From NCBI RefSeq assembly GCF_963921235.1, contig NC_086109.1:83018001-83082000 (forward strand): DNA of 64,000 bases. Reading direction: 5' to 3'. The DNA comes from Mobula hypostoma (taxonomy: Eukaryota). Positions within the stretch are counted from its first letter, which is position 1. Each line of letters begins with the position of its first letter. Positions 23,559-35,837 of this stretch are shown one piece after another. A program made the position numbers and the translations under genes. The notes under the pieces are model-generated. The model was not told the DNA's origin. It did not search any database and was given only the letters and a program-made list of their open reading frames with translations.

Positions 23559-24228
23559 CAGACATCCCACCCCTCCCGGAAGTTCCGGGAGTCTCCCGCA
23601 TATTCATACTGGCTCCCTGATGTCCGCAAATTATATACAATGTCCCGGAAATTGAATTTTTTGAGAGCGAGCGTGAAAGAACGCGCGAGAGAGAGCATGC
23701 GCAAGAGCGAGAAAGCAAGCACGAGAGGGTCAGAGCGAGAAAGCGAGTGCAAGAGAGAGTGAGACGAGAGAACGAGAGCGAGTCAGCGCAACCACGAGAG
23801 AGAGAGAGAGAGAGTGAGAAAGCAAGCGCGAGAACGAGGGAGAGAGCGAGAGTAGGAGCAAGAGTGAAAAAGTTCCAAAAAAAAGTCTGAGTGGCAGAGT
23901 GTTCCAAAAAAAAATAAAACGTATGTCACCCCAGATGACACTAAAGTGTACCCCTGCCTAATAGGGGTCAAAATAATGACAGTGTTGCTCACTGCACTGT
24001 TTGCAACAGTGACTTTTCTATTGCCCATGGTGGGTTAAGACTGTAAAACACATGTTGAAGTGAGTTTAACAGGTGTCATTTGTTCATTAGCATAGCTAAC
24101 GTTATCTAAACTAGCTGGCTAGCTGCTAAGGAGCTACTCTATTGCAGACATCCCACCTCTCCCAGAAGTCTCCTGCAAATTGATGGTGCTACCTCCCTGG
24201 AATGAGTTTTTGCAGGGTGGGATGTCTG
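23559..24228. mobile_element. Non-autonomous DNA transposon with 6-bp TSD, inserted in the LTR element
   Basis: 14-bp TIR cagacatcccaccc / gggtgggatgtctg; flanks ggatgc/ggatac; internal GA-rich repeat 23665-23870. Confidence 0.85.
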
Positions 24229-24704
24229 GGATACGCTAGTTTGTTGCATTTTGTTTGGACATTTGGAAGTAAGGAAGGTCATGCTGTTTTTCAGTTTAAT
24301 GTGATGGAAGCAAGGCGTAGTGAAGGTCAGAGAAGGATGATAAAGAGATTGTTTGGCCTCTTTCATATTCTCATCAACCTGATGATGATGCAGAATTTGG
24401 TAAACAATGGAGGCATGTTGACAGCTCTCCAAGATATGAGTGTTTCAGCAATTCAGCTGATGAGCAAAGCTGCTGTTGAGTTCTATAGCAAGACCAGAGG
24501 TTTAAATTATGATGTGCCACAGACTTTTCTACCTTCTGGATTTCAGCAGGACTTAGAGGGTAGTACAATTGATAAGGGTAAGGTGTATAAGAGAGGATTG
24601 TCTTTGTTGAGAAAGGAATGTATCGAGGAACGGAAGCGAGATTCTGAAATAGTGGCTTTAAGGGAGGTGGCTCTCACAGGAGAGGAGGTTTAGAGAGAGT
24701 CAGT

Positions 24705-25358
24705 GTGGGATGTTACCTTGAAGATGGGGTGTTGATGAGGAGGTGGAGACCAGCCACTGTGCCTGCAAGTCACATGGTGGATTTGAAAGGTTGCAAGGCT
24801 GAAATTTTAAACATGGCTTACAGTAAGCCTTTAGGTGGACATCATTGTGGGAGAAATGAGGAAAGTTGGAACGAGGGGGTTCCCCTCTTCTTATTTAGTG
24901 TTGGAGACTCGATTCAGAAGGCAGTGAAGGGTAATTTGTTGGAACCTGTGTTCAGTTACAGGCCTAAAGGACCTTTGACCCTACTCAGAGAACTCTGGAA
25001 GGGATTTAGTGAGCTTTGTAACTTTGCCAAGGAAAGTTTACACAATGGTCGAGTCAAAATAAAACACTTGTTTACTGGAATTGCAGCTGGGAGAATTGTT
25101 GTAGTACAAAATGGAATCGTGAAATCTGATAATGGAATGGAAAGGCATGTTTGCCCACTGAATCTAGACTCCCCAAAATGTCAGAATTCCATTATTTTGA
25201 AAAATACTACTGATAAGGTCCACCAGTTGGACCCAAAAGCGAAAAAACAAGTAAAAGAACTAATTGGTGTTTTGAAATGGTGCACAGGTGCAGTGCATCA
25301 CGTCATTATAAATTTAGCCCAGCCTATGAAATGGTATCTTCACAGAGTGAAGAAATAA
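24705..25358 (+). pseudogene. Integrase remnant (core deleted)
   Basis: YLEDGVLMRRWRP...EILNMAYSKPLGGH (Zn-finger side) is fused to WNEGVPLFLFSVGDSIQ...VFSYRPKGPLTLLRELW (end of the integrase core). Confidence 0.7.
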
Positions 25359-25404
25359 AATGATTGAACAAAGAATTAGAAACAAGAAATAACAAAGAAA
25401 GAGA

Positions 25405-26442
25405 ATGGATGACTGTATTGATAGAGTGGGGAAGGCTAATTACCTTATTAACATTGACTGGTTAAAAGCATACCGGGGTGTTCCTTTAACAGAGAGGGTT
25501 AAAGAGATATCAACATTTCTCACACCATTTAGACTGTATGAATACAATGTTTTACACTTAGGGATGAAGAATGCTCTAGAAACATTTCAAAGAATAATCG
25601 ATTCTGTGATTGGAGGGCTAGAAAGCACAGGAGTTCATATCAATGATTTAGTGGTCTGCAATGACACATGGGAAGAACATATTGCAGCCATAGAAAAACG
25701 GGTTGATAGACTTTCTGAGGCCAATCTTACGGTGACCCTTGCTAAGAGTGAATTTGGCCATACCACAGTCACATATCTCGGTTATGTGGTGGGCCAAGGC
25801 CAACTGGCTTCTGTACAGGCCAAGGTTCAAGCTATTGCTGAAGTTCCTGTTCTGACCGACAAGAAAGCTTTGAGAAGGGTTTTAGGAATGGTTGGGTATT
25901 ATCGTAAGTTTTGGAAGAACTTTGCTGACATCGCTTTCCCCCTAACAAAACTCCTAGGGAAGAGTGAAAGATTTGAATGGAGTGACCTTTGCCAGGAGGC
26001 ATTTGACCATCTGGAAACCATCCTGTGTCATCATCCGGTGCTCACAGCACCGGATTTTTCAAAGCCATCTTCTATAACAACAGGTGTTAGTGACAAAGCT
26101 GCTGGGGCAGTACTGTTACAGAAGGGAGTGGATGACACTGAACATCCAGTAGCTTATTTCTCAAAGAACGTTAATGTACACCAGAAAAATTATTCAGCTG
26201 TTGGAAAGGAATTACCAGCACTTATTCTGGCTTTACAACATTTTGAGGCCTATGACCAGAGACCTCAAAACCTGTCTGTTGCTCAGAGACCATTTGTGCT
26301 TTACATGGGTTATAATCCGTTCATGTTTCTAACTAAGATGAAGGATAAGAATAGAAGGTTGTTAAATTGGAGTCCGATATTGCAAGAAGGTGACTTGAAA
26401 ATCAAACGTGTGAAAGGTACTGACAATGTTATAGCTGATTAG
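25405..26442 (+). pseudogene. Gypsy reverse transcriptase/RNase H, catalytically degenerate
   Basis: DDCIDRVG...GMKNA..TFQR...VHINDL (YxDD mutated), YLGYVVG, LGMVGYYRKF, GAVLLQ...HPVAYFSK, KGTDNVIAD. Confidence 0.9.
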
Positions 26443-26581
26443 TTATCCAGATGTAAAGTTGAAAACTGTAACCATTTTTGATTTGTCATCTGATGTTTTT
26501 TCCCTGTATTGTTTAAAACCCTGTGATGGACATTTTTAAAAAAATCGTCCTCGACAATTTTTTTTCCCTGTGGAAAGGGAG

Positions 26582-27564
26582 TGTGAGGGGATCCAAGAGT
26601 GCCCCTATTAACTGTTTGAAGAAAGACAGAGAGAGACATTTATCATTCATGGTTTGTTTGGAAAGGAGAGAGAGAGACGAAGATTAACGGTTGGACTGTC
26701 ACTTCAAGGCATTGGAAGTAACTTTCGATTTTTACTGAGTTTGGAGTTGGAGACAGCACCGAGCAGCTCGTAAGTTGCTATGGTGACTGAAGGCGGTGTT
26801 ATTTAATGGACACTCGGTGTTATGATTTTCAGCAGTTTGTTGATATTTCTTCAAGGACTTGTTGCCTGCTTGTGCATTTTCTTCACAGACAAAGGAAGAA
26901 GGGACTCTTTGAATGACAGGTGATGCTCAGCACAGAGAAATAAGTGGGAGGTCAGACGATACAGACATCAGACACATGATCTGGACACTGAATGAGCATT
27001 GTTGTGCCCACAGAGAAAGTGGGTTTTGGAGGATCGATCAGGCGGATCGATCCAAATTGCTATTCCACCGCTGAAGAAGGGGTTGACTGGTGGGGAGTTG
27101 TCTATGTGTCCACCCTTGCCGGGGTGATAGCTCCACCACAGGAAAACCGGTCCCCCGGTTAAAGTCAAGGTCGGTGACTTGTAAAGGATTTCGGAGGACG
27201 ACGAGCAGATCGACGGCATCAGCTCACCTGAAGACTCAACTCACTCTCTCTCTCTCTGTCTCTCTCTCTCTCTCTCTCTCCATCACTACTCAACTAAATA
27301 CCACGAACTGAATTGAACTGAACTTTACTCAACATCATAAGACTGTATCTTTTTACCCCTAGACTTAAAGAAGCTTGGTTTTCATACATATATATTCCAC
27401 ACTTACTTTTATATATAATCTTTGCTAATCTGTGTGATTTATTTACATTGATATTACTGTAGTGCGTAGTTACTAATAAATATTAGTAGTTTATAGCAAT
27501 ACGAGACTCCAAAGTGGTTTCTATTTCTGCTGGTTTCTTTATCCCCGTCACGGGGTACGTGACA
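26582..27564 (+). repeat. 3' LTR, complete (983 bp, TG...CA)
   Basis: Preceded by polypurine tract ggaaagggag; starts tgtgagggg and ends gtgaca. Confidence 0.9.
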
Positions 27565-28084
27565 CTGTTTGAGATATCCTGTAAAGATTGTCAATTTCAT
27601 CCTCTCAGGGTGTGAATGGGGCACATGTGGCTTACTCACCCTCCAGCAGTCATAGGTAGGGAGGCACAGGACCTCTGTCGGACAGGGCACAGCCCAAAGT
27701 CTAAATTGAAGGTGATGTAGTTAAACTTCAAAGCGATAAAAAGCTGTAAATACCAGCTGAGTTAAAAGACCATCTCTATCTAGAATCAGAACCAGGATTA
27801 CTATCACTGAAATATTACTGGTTTTTTTTGCAGCTGCAGTACAGTGCAGGGCATTAAAATTACTATAAGTGACAAATAAGTTAGTAAATACATAATCACC
27901 ATATGAATCGAGAAATTCAGAAATAGATAAACATAGTACAGATAGATAGATAGTGTGAAGGAGGAATAGAGAGGTCGTGGGGTCATGGAACATTCAGAAA
28001 TCTGATGACGAAGAGAAGAAGCTGTTCTAAAAACCTGAGCGTGCACCTTCAGGATCCAGCACCTCCTCCCTCATTGTAGCAATG

Positions 28085-28510
28085 CAAAGAGGGCATGACT
28101 GTACACAATACTCCAAATGTAACCACAGATTCATCTTATATAATCGCAAAGTAACTTCCCTACCCCTAAACTTGATGCCCCAGCTGGTGAAGGCTAGTAT
28201 ACTAAATGCATTCTTCACCAACCTGTCTACTTGCACGGCCATCTTCAGTGAGCTATGCCCTTGTATTCCCTGGTCCCTCTGTTCCACAGCCCCCATCAGT
28301 ACACTAGCATGAACTCTATATGTCCTACCATGCATTTTCCATGTCCAAAATGCATCATTTCACAGGTATGTAAGTTAAATTACTTTTGCCGTTCCTCAGC
28401 TCATCTCTCGAAGTGATCCCTGAAATTCATTAAAATTTGCTTCATTATCAAGAAGCCCACAAAGCTTTGTAGTTGCACTGGAGCTGTTAATCATGTCACG
28501 TACATTCATA
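28085..28510 (-). mobile_element. CR1 LINE fragment
   Basis: ORF 28027..28335 QVDRLVKNAFSILAF...LRLYK...HLEYCVQ. Confidence 0.7.
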
Positions 28511-28544
28511 TTCCAAATAATTTACATTTATCATGAATAATAAA

Positions 28545-30432
28545 TATTATAATGTAAAGGAACCCTTAGAGGGCAGTGGTCATAATATGATTGAATTCAT
28601 ACTGCTGTTTGAGAGGGAGAAGCACAAGTCACATGTATCAGTAGCGCAATGAAATAAAGAAATTTTGGACCACTGGACAATGATGCTAATGAGGTATTAT
28701 TGGGAGATAAAGAAATGGCAGGTGAATTTAATGGGAACTTTGCATCTGTCTTCACCGTGGAAGACACTAGCAGTGTGCCAGAGGTCTGTGATTGTCAGGG
28801 AGCAGGAGTGCTATTATAAGGAAAAAAATGCCGGGAAAACTGAAAATTCATAAGGTGGATAAGTCACCTGGACCAGATCGACTACATCCCAGTGTCCTGA
28901 AAGAGGTTAGTAAGAGATAACGGATGGATTGGTCATAATCTTTCAAGAATCACTTGATTCTGGAATGGTCCTGGAGGACTGGATGATTGCAAATGTCGCT
29001 CCACTCTAAGAAGGGAGTAAGGCAGAAAAAAAGGAAATTACAGCACATTTAGCTAAACCTCAGTGGTTGTGAAAGTGTTGGAGTCTATTATTAAGGATGA
29101 GGTTTCGGGGTACAGTACTTGGAGACTAATGATAAAATAAGGTCAAAGTCAGCATGGTTTCTGTGAAGGGAACTTTTGCCAGATAAATCTCTTAGAGCTC
29201 TTTGAGGAAGTAACAAGCAGGATGGACAAGGGAGAGGCAGTGAATGTCATTTGCTTGGATTTTTAGTACCCATTTGATAAGGTGCCAAACATGAGGCTGC
29301 TTAACAAGATAAAATCCAGGGCATTACAGGACAGACACTGGCATGGATAGAGGAATGTCTGACAGGTAGGATGCAGCGAGTGAGCAGGGCCTTTTCTGTT
29401 TGGGTACCATTGACATGTGGTGTTCCTCAGGAGTCAGTATTGGGACTGCTACTTTTCACATTGTTTGTCAATGATTTGCATAACGGATTTGATGTATTTG
29501 TGGCAAAGTTAGCAGATGATTCACAGATTGGTGGAGGGGTAGGTAGTGCTGAGGAAGCAATGCGATTGCAGCAGGACTTACACAAATTGGAAGAATGCGC
29601 AATAAAGTGGCAGATGGAATACAGTGTTGGGAAATGTACAATAATGCATCTTGATAAAAGGAGGAATAGTGTGGAATATTATCCAAACGTGGAGAAAATT
29701 CAAACATCAGAGTTGCAGAGGGACTTAAAAGACCTCGTGCAAGATTCCCAGAAGGTTTATTTACAGGTTGAGTCTGTGCTAAAGAAAGCAAATGCAATGT
29801 TAGCACTTATTTCAAGGGAAATGGAATATAAAAGCAAAGAGATAATGCTGAACTTTTATAAGACATTAGTCAGGCCACAATTGTTGTATTGTCAATAGTT
29901 TTGGGCCCCATATCTCAGAAAGAGTGTGATGTCATTGGAGAGAGGCAAGAGGAGGTTCACAAGGATGATTTTAGGAATGAAAGGGTTAACTTATGCGGTG
30001 CGTATGGCAGCTCTGGGCCTGTACTCACTGGAATTTAGAGGAATGCATGGGGATCTCATTGAAACCTACCCAATGTTGAAAGGACTGGATAGGGTGGATG
30101 TGGGAATGATGTTTCCTACCATGGGGCTGTCCAGTACTAGAGGCCACAGCCTCAAAATTGACGGGTGACCTTTTAGAACAGATTTTTCTTTCAGCCAGAG
30201 ACCAGTGAATCAGTGGAGTGCTCTGCCACAGATTGCAGTGGAGGCGAAGTCTCCGGGTATATTTAAGGCGGAAGTTGATCATTCCCTGATTGGTCAGGGC
30301 ATCAAGAGATATGGTGAGAAGGCGGGTGTATCGGGATGAATGGGACTCGGGATCAGTCATGATGGAATGGCGGAGCAGACTCGATTTGCTGCTCCTAATT
30401 CTACTCCGATGTCTTTTGGTCTTATGGTCTTA
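28545..30432 (+). mobile_element. CR1-type LINE (segmental duplicate of 7170-8965)
   Basis: Collinear with 7170-8965, with the same internal deletions and RT motifs (ORF 29371..29898). Confidence 0.9.
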
Positions 30433-31545
30433 TAACACTGATCGGAGGTCCTCCACGCCCTCCAGTTGGAGAATTGGCATTCTGCTTCTTACCCCACTCG
30501 AGTCATATCCCCTCAGTCAGAGAACTGACTCCCTGCTTCCTCACATCGAACCAGGTCTGAATCCACCTCAGTAGCTCCCCCTGAATCCCATGCGACCGAA
30601 CCTTCCAAAATCGGACTGCCATGTAGAACCTTGTAATCTTCTTAATGAAATTAGACATTCTCCACTGCCCTAATTTCATGTATTCTTATAGTTCTTTCCC
30701 TGAAAAGCTTCAAAGGATTTCGGAGATGTGACCTCCCAATCAGCTGTGCTGAATGAACTACTTTCCTTCATGGAACCGTACATTGTCGACTCTTGCTCAG
30801 TGGGCGCTGGAAATCAGAATTTCCGTTCCGTAACATCTTCCCTGAGGTGGTAATTTTAATATTTTGCAACACAAGTGCATTGCAAATGTTCTCAGTCTCA
30901 AACTGGTTATAAAATGCATCTAAACTAACCTCGGTTCGAAATAAAATTACAATTGTACACTTACCGATAAAGAACACCTTGCGAGTACAGTAATAGAAAG
31001 TTTTTCTTTGAAGTTGTGATTTCAGCAGACAAAAGGTGACCTGCAGATATCAGCTGTTTCGTGACAAAGTCTTGGAGATTGGCTAATACTGAGTGCGATG
31101 CGTTCACATTCAGTTCAGACCTGCCGAATGTTTTTATCAGAATGAACAACTTTGTTTGGCTCGTATCCCATGAGTCAGAACAGAGTCAAATTCAAAGTCA
31201 TGGTCAAGTTTGTTGCCAAATGCACAAGTACATGTACGCACAGCTGCAATGAAAAATTTAGATTCAAGCAACGTTACAGGACGTTTCAGCGGCGTCGACA
31301 GGGAAATATTAATAAAGGATAAATGCAACCTCTTGATTCTCTAATTCCAAATTTCTCGGAATATAAGCATATGAACAAACTTTTAAAGTAACGTTGACCC
31401 TATATTATTAAGATGTGCTTTGTGACAATCTTTAAGTTTCTCAGGAGTTTTGGCTCATGAAGCTTCTAATGTCCTATATTTGCCTAAATTGAAGTTGTAT
31501 TGCTGCTGTGGAGGGACTTGAAAACAGACCGTTTGTTATTTACAC

Positions 31546-31794
31546 CAACTCACACAAAATACCAGAGAAACACAGCAGTTCTGGCAGCATCTATGGAAAG
31601 GTATTAACAATCGACATCTTGGGCCAAGACCCTTCATCAGCATACCCTCTATCATCAATCCTGATGAAGGGTCTTGTCCTAAAATGTTGGCTGTTTATTC
31701 CTCTCCATAGATACTGCCCGAATTGCTGAGAACCTCCGGCAATTTATTGGTGTTTATCTGCATTTCCCGATATCTGCAGAATTTCTTGTATTTA
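31546..31794 (+). mobile_element. Older fold-back Penelope terminal-repeat element with tail
   Basis: Inverted arms plus tail ...atctgcagaatttcttgtattt; decayed 12-bp TSD tgttatttacac/tgttagttagac. Confidence 0.8.
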
Positions 31795-32109
31795 TGTTAG
31801 TTAGACAGATGTCCACATTGGCAGCCTAGTAATTTTGCTGTGCACAACCACTCTATCCTCTAGGGTATTACATCTAGACTCCAGGTTGTGGTCTCTTCTG
31901 TATTGGAGAAACTGTATGCAGATTGGATGATGACAGCAGAATATCTCCAATCAATCTTCAGGAATACCTCTGAGCCTCCATTTCCTCCTCACTTCATTTT
32001 CCATTCCACTCACTCTCTCATAATACTCCAAATAGATGTGGCTACTATATTATTGGACTCTTAATTCTACCTCTCTCACTTAATTACTCCTGCCTGAGAA
32101 GTGACTTAG

Positions 32110-33447
32110 ATCCATGCCAATTTGTCTACTGGAGCAACAAGACCACAGCAGATGCCAACTCACTGGCTCTTCATTCAGCCCTGGAACATCTGGACAGCAA
32201 CGATGCGTAGATATGGATGCTCTTTATAGACTGCAGTTCAGCGTCCACAACCTGGGGTTTAGATGTAATACATCAAAACTAATCAACAACCTCCAAGATC
32301 TTGGTCTCAATACCTCCTTGTGCAATTGGATTTCATTACTTGCAGACCCCAGTCAGTTCGGATTGGCAACAACAACTCCTTCATAATCTCCATAAGCACT
32401 GGTGCACCTCAAAGCCCTTTGCTTAGCCTCCTGCTCTACTCAGTTTACACTTATGTCTGTGTGGCCAAGCACAGCTCCAACGTCATATTCAAGTATGCTG
32501 ATAACACCACCATGGTAGGCCAAATCAAAGGTGGTGATGAATCAACACAGAGGAGGGAGACTGAAAATCTGGCTGAGTGGTGTTATAATCACAATCTCTT
32601 ACACAATGTTAGTAAGACCAAGAAACAGATTGTAGACCAAGACAACAAAACCAGAGGTCCAGGATCCAGGTCTCATCGGAGGATTAGAGCTAGAGAGGGT
32701 TAGCAACTTTAAATTCCGAGCCGTTATTATTTCGGAGGAACTGTCCTGGGCCCTTGACAATAAGAAAGCACAACAGCACCTCTATGCTCTTAGGAGTTGT
32801 GGAGATTCAGCATGACATCTAAAACTTTGAAAAACTTTTGTAGATGCACAGTATAGAGTATATTGACTGGCTGCATCACAGCCTGGTACAGAAACACCAA
32901 TACCCTTCAACAGAAAATCCTACAGAGATTAGTTGATATTGACCCAGTCCCTCCCAACCCTGGAGCATATTTTCATGAAACGCTGCAACAGGAAAGCAGC
33001 ATCCATCATCAGGAACCCCCAACGTCCAGGGCATGGTGTCTTCTCGCTGCTGCCATCAGGAAGAAGGTTCAAGAGCCTCAGGACTTTCACTACCTGCTTC
33101 AGGAGATTTACTATCCATGATCCATCAAGCTCTCGAACCAAATGGTTCAGCTTCATTTGTCCCATCATTGAAATGTTCCCACAACCTATAAATTCACTTT
33201 CAAGGACTCTTCGTCTTATGTTTTCAATCTTTATTGCTTATTTGTTTATTTATTTATTTATATTATTTCTTCTTTCTGTATTTGCACAGTTTCTTGTATT
33301 CTACACTCTGGTTGAACGCCCTAGTTGGGTGTTGTATTGATTCTATTATGGTTATTATTCTATAGATTTATTGAGTGTGCCCATAGGTTGTATCTGGTGA
33401 CATACAGTATATGTACTCGGATAATAAAATTCACTTCGAATTTTGAC
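32110..33447 (+). mobile_element. Rex1/Babar-type LINE fragment (duplicate of 10690-12020)
   Basis: Collinear; ORFs 32320..32703 and 32863..33120. Confidence 0.8.
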
Positions 33448-33731
33448 AAAGGAATCTGTAAGTATGAACTCAAAGTGAGCAAATTATTTTAACAGTGTTT
33501 TGTTTTGAAACACTGTTATATTAAAATCTTGATTCCATTGATGACATTTATATGAACAATTCATCATTAACTCTTGGAAGATATTATGATGCCATTGTGT
33601 CTAACCATTCTTCGACCTCTTCAATGACAGTTCCACAAGTCTTTTCATCGTCTTATTCTTCACAAGTTTATCATATTTTTTTTTAGATTTGAGCAACACT
33701 GGATTGATGGAGATCAGAACATTCTTACATT
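33448..33731 (-). pseudogene. UGT N-terminal fragment truncated by Penelope
   Basis: Duplicate of 12021-12309; the start of ORF 33601..33828 translates as KYDKL...KRLVELSLKRSKNG. Confidence 0.75.
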
Positions 33732-33733
33732 GA

Positions 33734-35837
33734 TGTGGATCTTGGGTAGGAGGTACAAACGGGCGGGGGTGGGGGTTGCTGTTGTCATCTGGCGTATTGA
33801 CCTCTACCTTGCCGAGGCACATCGACAACTCGCGGATACCTCCTCTTATTTACCCCTCGATCGTGACCCCACTGAGGAACACCAGGCCATTGTCTCCCAC
33901 ACCATCACCGACTTCATCTGCTCAGGGGATCTCCCATCCGCTGCTACCAACCTTATAGTTCCCGCACCTCGCACTTCCCGTTTCTACCTCCTACCCAAGA
34001 TCCACAAACCTGCCTGTCCTGGCAGACCTATTGTCTCAGTTTGCTCCTGCCCCACCGAACTCGCTTCTGCATACCTCGACACGGTTTTATCCCCCCTTGT
34101 TCAATCCCTTCCTGCCTATGATCGAGACACTTCTCACGCTCTTAAACTTTTCGATGATTTTAAGTTCCCTGACCCCCACCGCTTTATTTTCACCATGGAT
34201 GTCCAGTCCCTATATACTTCCATCCCCCATCAAGAAGGTCTCAAAGCTCTCCGTTTCTTTTTGGATTCCTGACCTAATCAGTTCCCCTCCACCACCACTC
34301 TGCTCCGTCTAGCGGAATTAGTCCTTACTCTTAATAATTTCTCCTTTGGCTCCTCCCACTTCCTCCAAACTAAAGGTGTAGCTATGGGCACCCGTATGGG
34401 TCCTAGCTATGCCTGCCTTTTTGTTGGCTTTGGGGAACAATCTATGTTCCAAATCTATTCTGGTATCTGTCCCCCGCTTTTCCTTCGCTACATCGACGAC
34501 TGATTTGGCGCTGCTTCCTGCACGCGTGCTGAGCTCGTCGACTTCATTAACTTTGCCTGCAACTTTCACCCTGCCCTCGAGTTTACCTGGTCCATTTCCG
34601 ACACCTCTCCGACCCCTCACCAGCCCCCGCACCCCCCGCCCCCAACCTTTCTAGATCTTTCTGTCTCTATCTCCGGAGATAGCTTATCTGCTGATGTCAA
34701 CTATAAGCCTGCTGACTCTCACAGCTATCTGAACTATTCCTCTTCTCACCCCATCTCTTGCTAAAACACCATCCCCTTCTCGCAATGCCTCCGTCTCCGC
34801 CGCATCTGCTCTCAGGATGAGGCTTTTCATTCCAGGACAAGGGAGATGTCCTCCTTTTTTAAAGAAAGGGGCTTGCCTTCCTCCACTATCAACTCTTGCT
34901 CGCAAACACATTTCCCCTATTTCAAGCACATCTGCTCTCACTCCATCCACCCGCCACCCCACTAGGAATAGGGTTCCCCTGGTCCTCACCTACCACCCTA
35001 CCAGCCTCCGGGTCCAACATATTATTCTCCGGAACTTCCGCCACCTCCAACGGGATCCCACCACTAAGCACATCTTTCCCTCCCCCCGCCCCCCGCTTTC
35101 CGCAGAGATCGCTCCCTACGCGACTCCCTTGTCCATTCGTCCCCCCAATCCCTCCCCACTGATCTCCCTCCTGGCACTTATCCTTGAAGCGGAACAAGTG
35201 CTACACATGCCCTTACACTTCCTCCCTTACCACCATTCAGGGCCCCAGACAGTCCTTCCAGGTGAGGCGACACTTCACCTGTGAGTCGGCTGGGGTGATA
35301 TACTGCGTCCGGTGCTCCCGATGTGGCCTTCTATATATTAGCGAGACCCGACGCAGACTGGGAGATCGTTTTGCTGAACACCTACGCTTTGTCCGCCAGA
35401 GAAAGCAGGATCTCCCAGTGGCCACACATTTTAATTCCACATCTCATTCCCATTCTGATATGTCTATCCACGGCCTCCTCTACTGTAAAGATGAAGCCAC
35501 ACTCAGGTTGGAGGAACAACACCTTATGTTCCGTCTGGGTAGCCTCCAACCTGATGGCATGAACATTGACTTCTCTAACTTCCGCTAATGCCCCACCTCC
35601 CCTTCGTACCCCATCCGTTATTTATTTATATACACACATTCATTCTTTCTCTCTCTCTCCTTTTTCTCCCTCTGTCCCTCTGACTATACCCCTTGCCCTT
35701 CCTCTGGGTTTTCCCCCCTTCCCCCTTTTCCTTCTCCCTGAGCCTCCTGTCCCATGATCCTCTCATATCCCTTTTGCCAATCAACTGTCCAGCTCTTGGC
35801 TCCATCCCTCCCGCTCCTGTTCATCTCCTATCATTTT
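33734..35837 (+). mobile_element. Penelope-like retroelement (RT plus GIY-YIG endonuclease), both ends truncated, disabled
   Basis: FYLLPKIHKP..PGRPIVS, FTMDVQSLYTSIPH, GVAMGTRMGP and RYIDD; GVIYCVRCSRCGLLYISET.RRLGDRFAEH; CT-rich 3' UTR. Confidence 0.93.

Larger units (their letters stand above)
21665..27564 (+). mobile_element. Ty3/Gypsy LTR retrotransposon, Gmr1-like (gag-IN-RT-RNaseH), internally deleted
   Basis: Two LTRs, PBS and polypurine tract; gag at about 22558-23550; integrase remnant 24705..25358; RT/RNaseH 25405..26442. Confidence 0.92.

Noticed and set aside
22644-23762. 372-aa ORF as a host gene
   Set aside because: It is a chimera of decayed gag and an inserted DNA transposon with a GA-rich repeat.
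21660-27570. TSD of the LTR element
   Set aside because: The 5' LTR lacks its first ~265 bp, so the left flank is lost and no TSD can be called.
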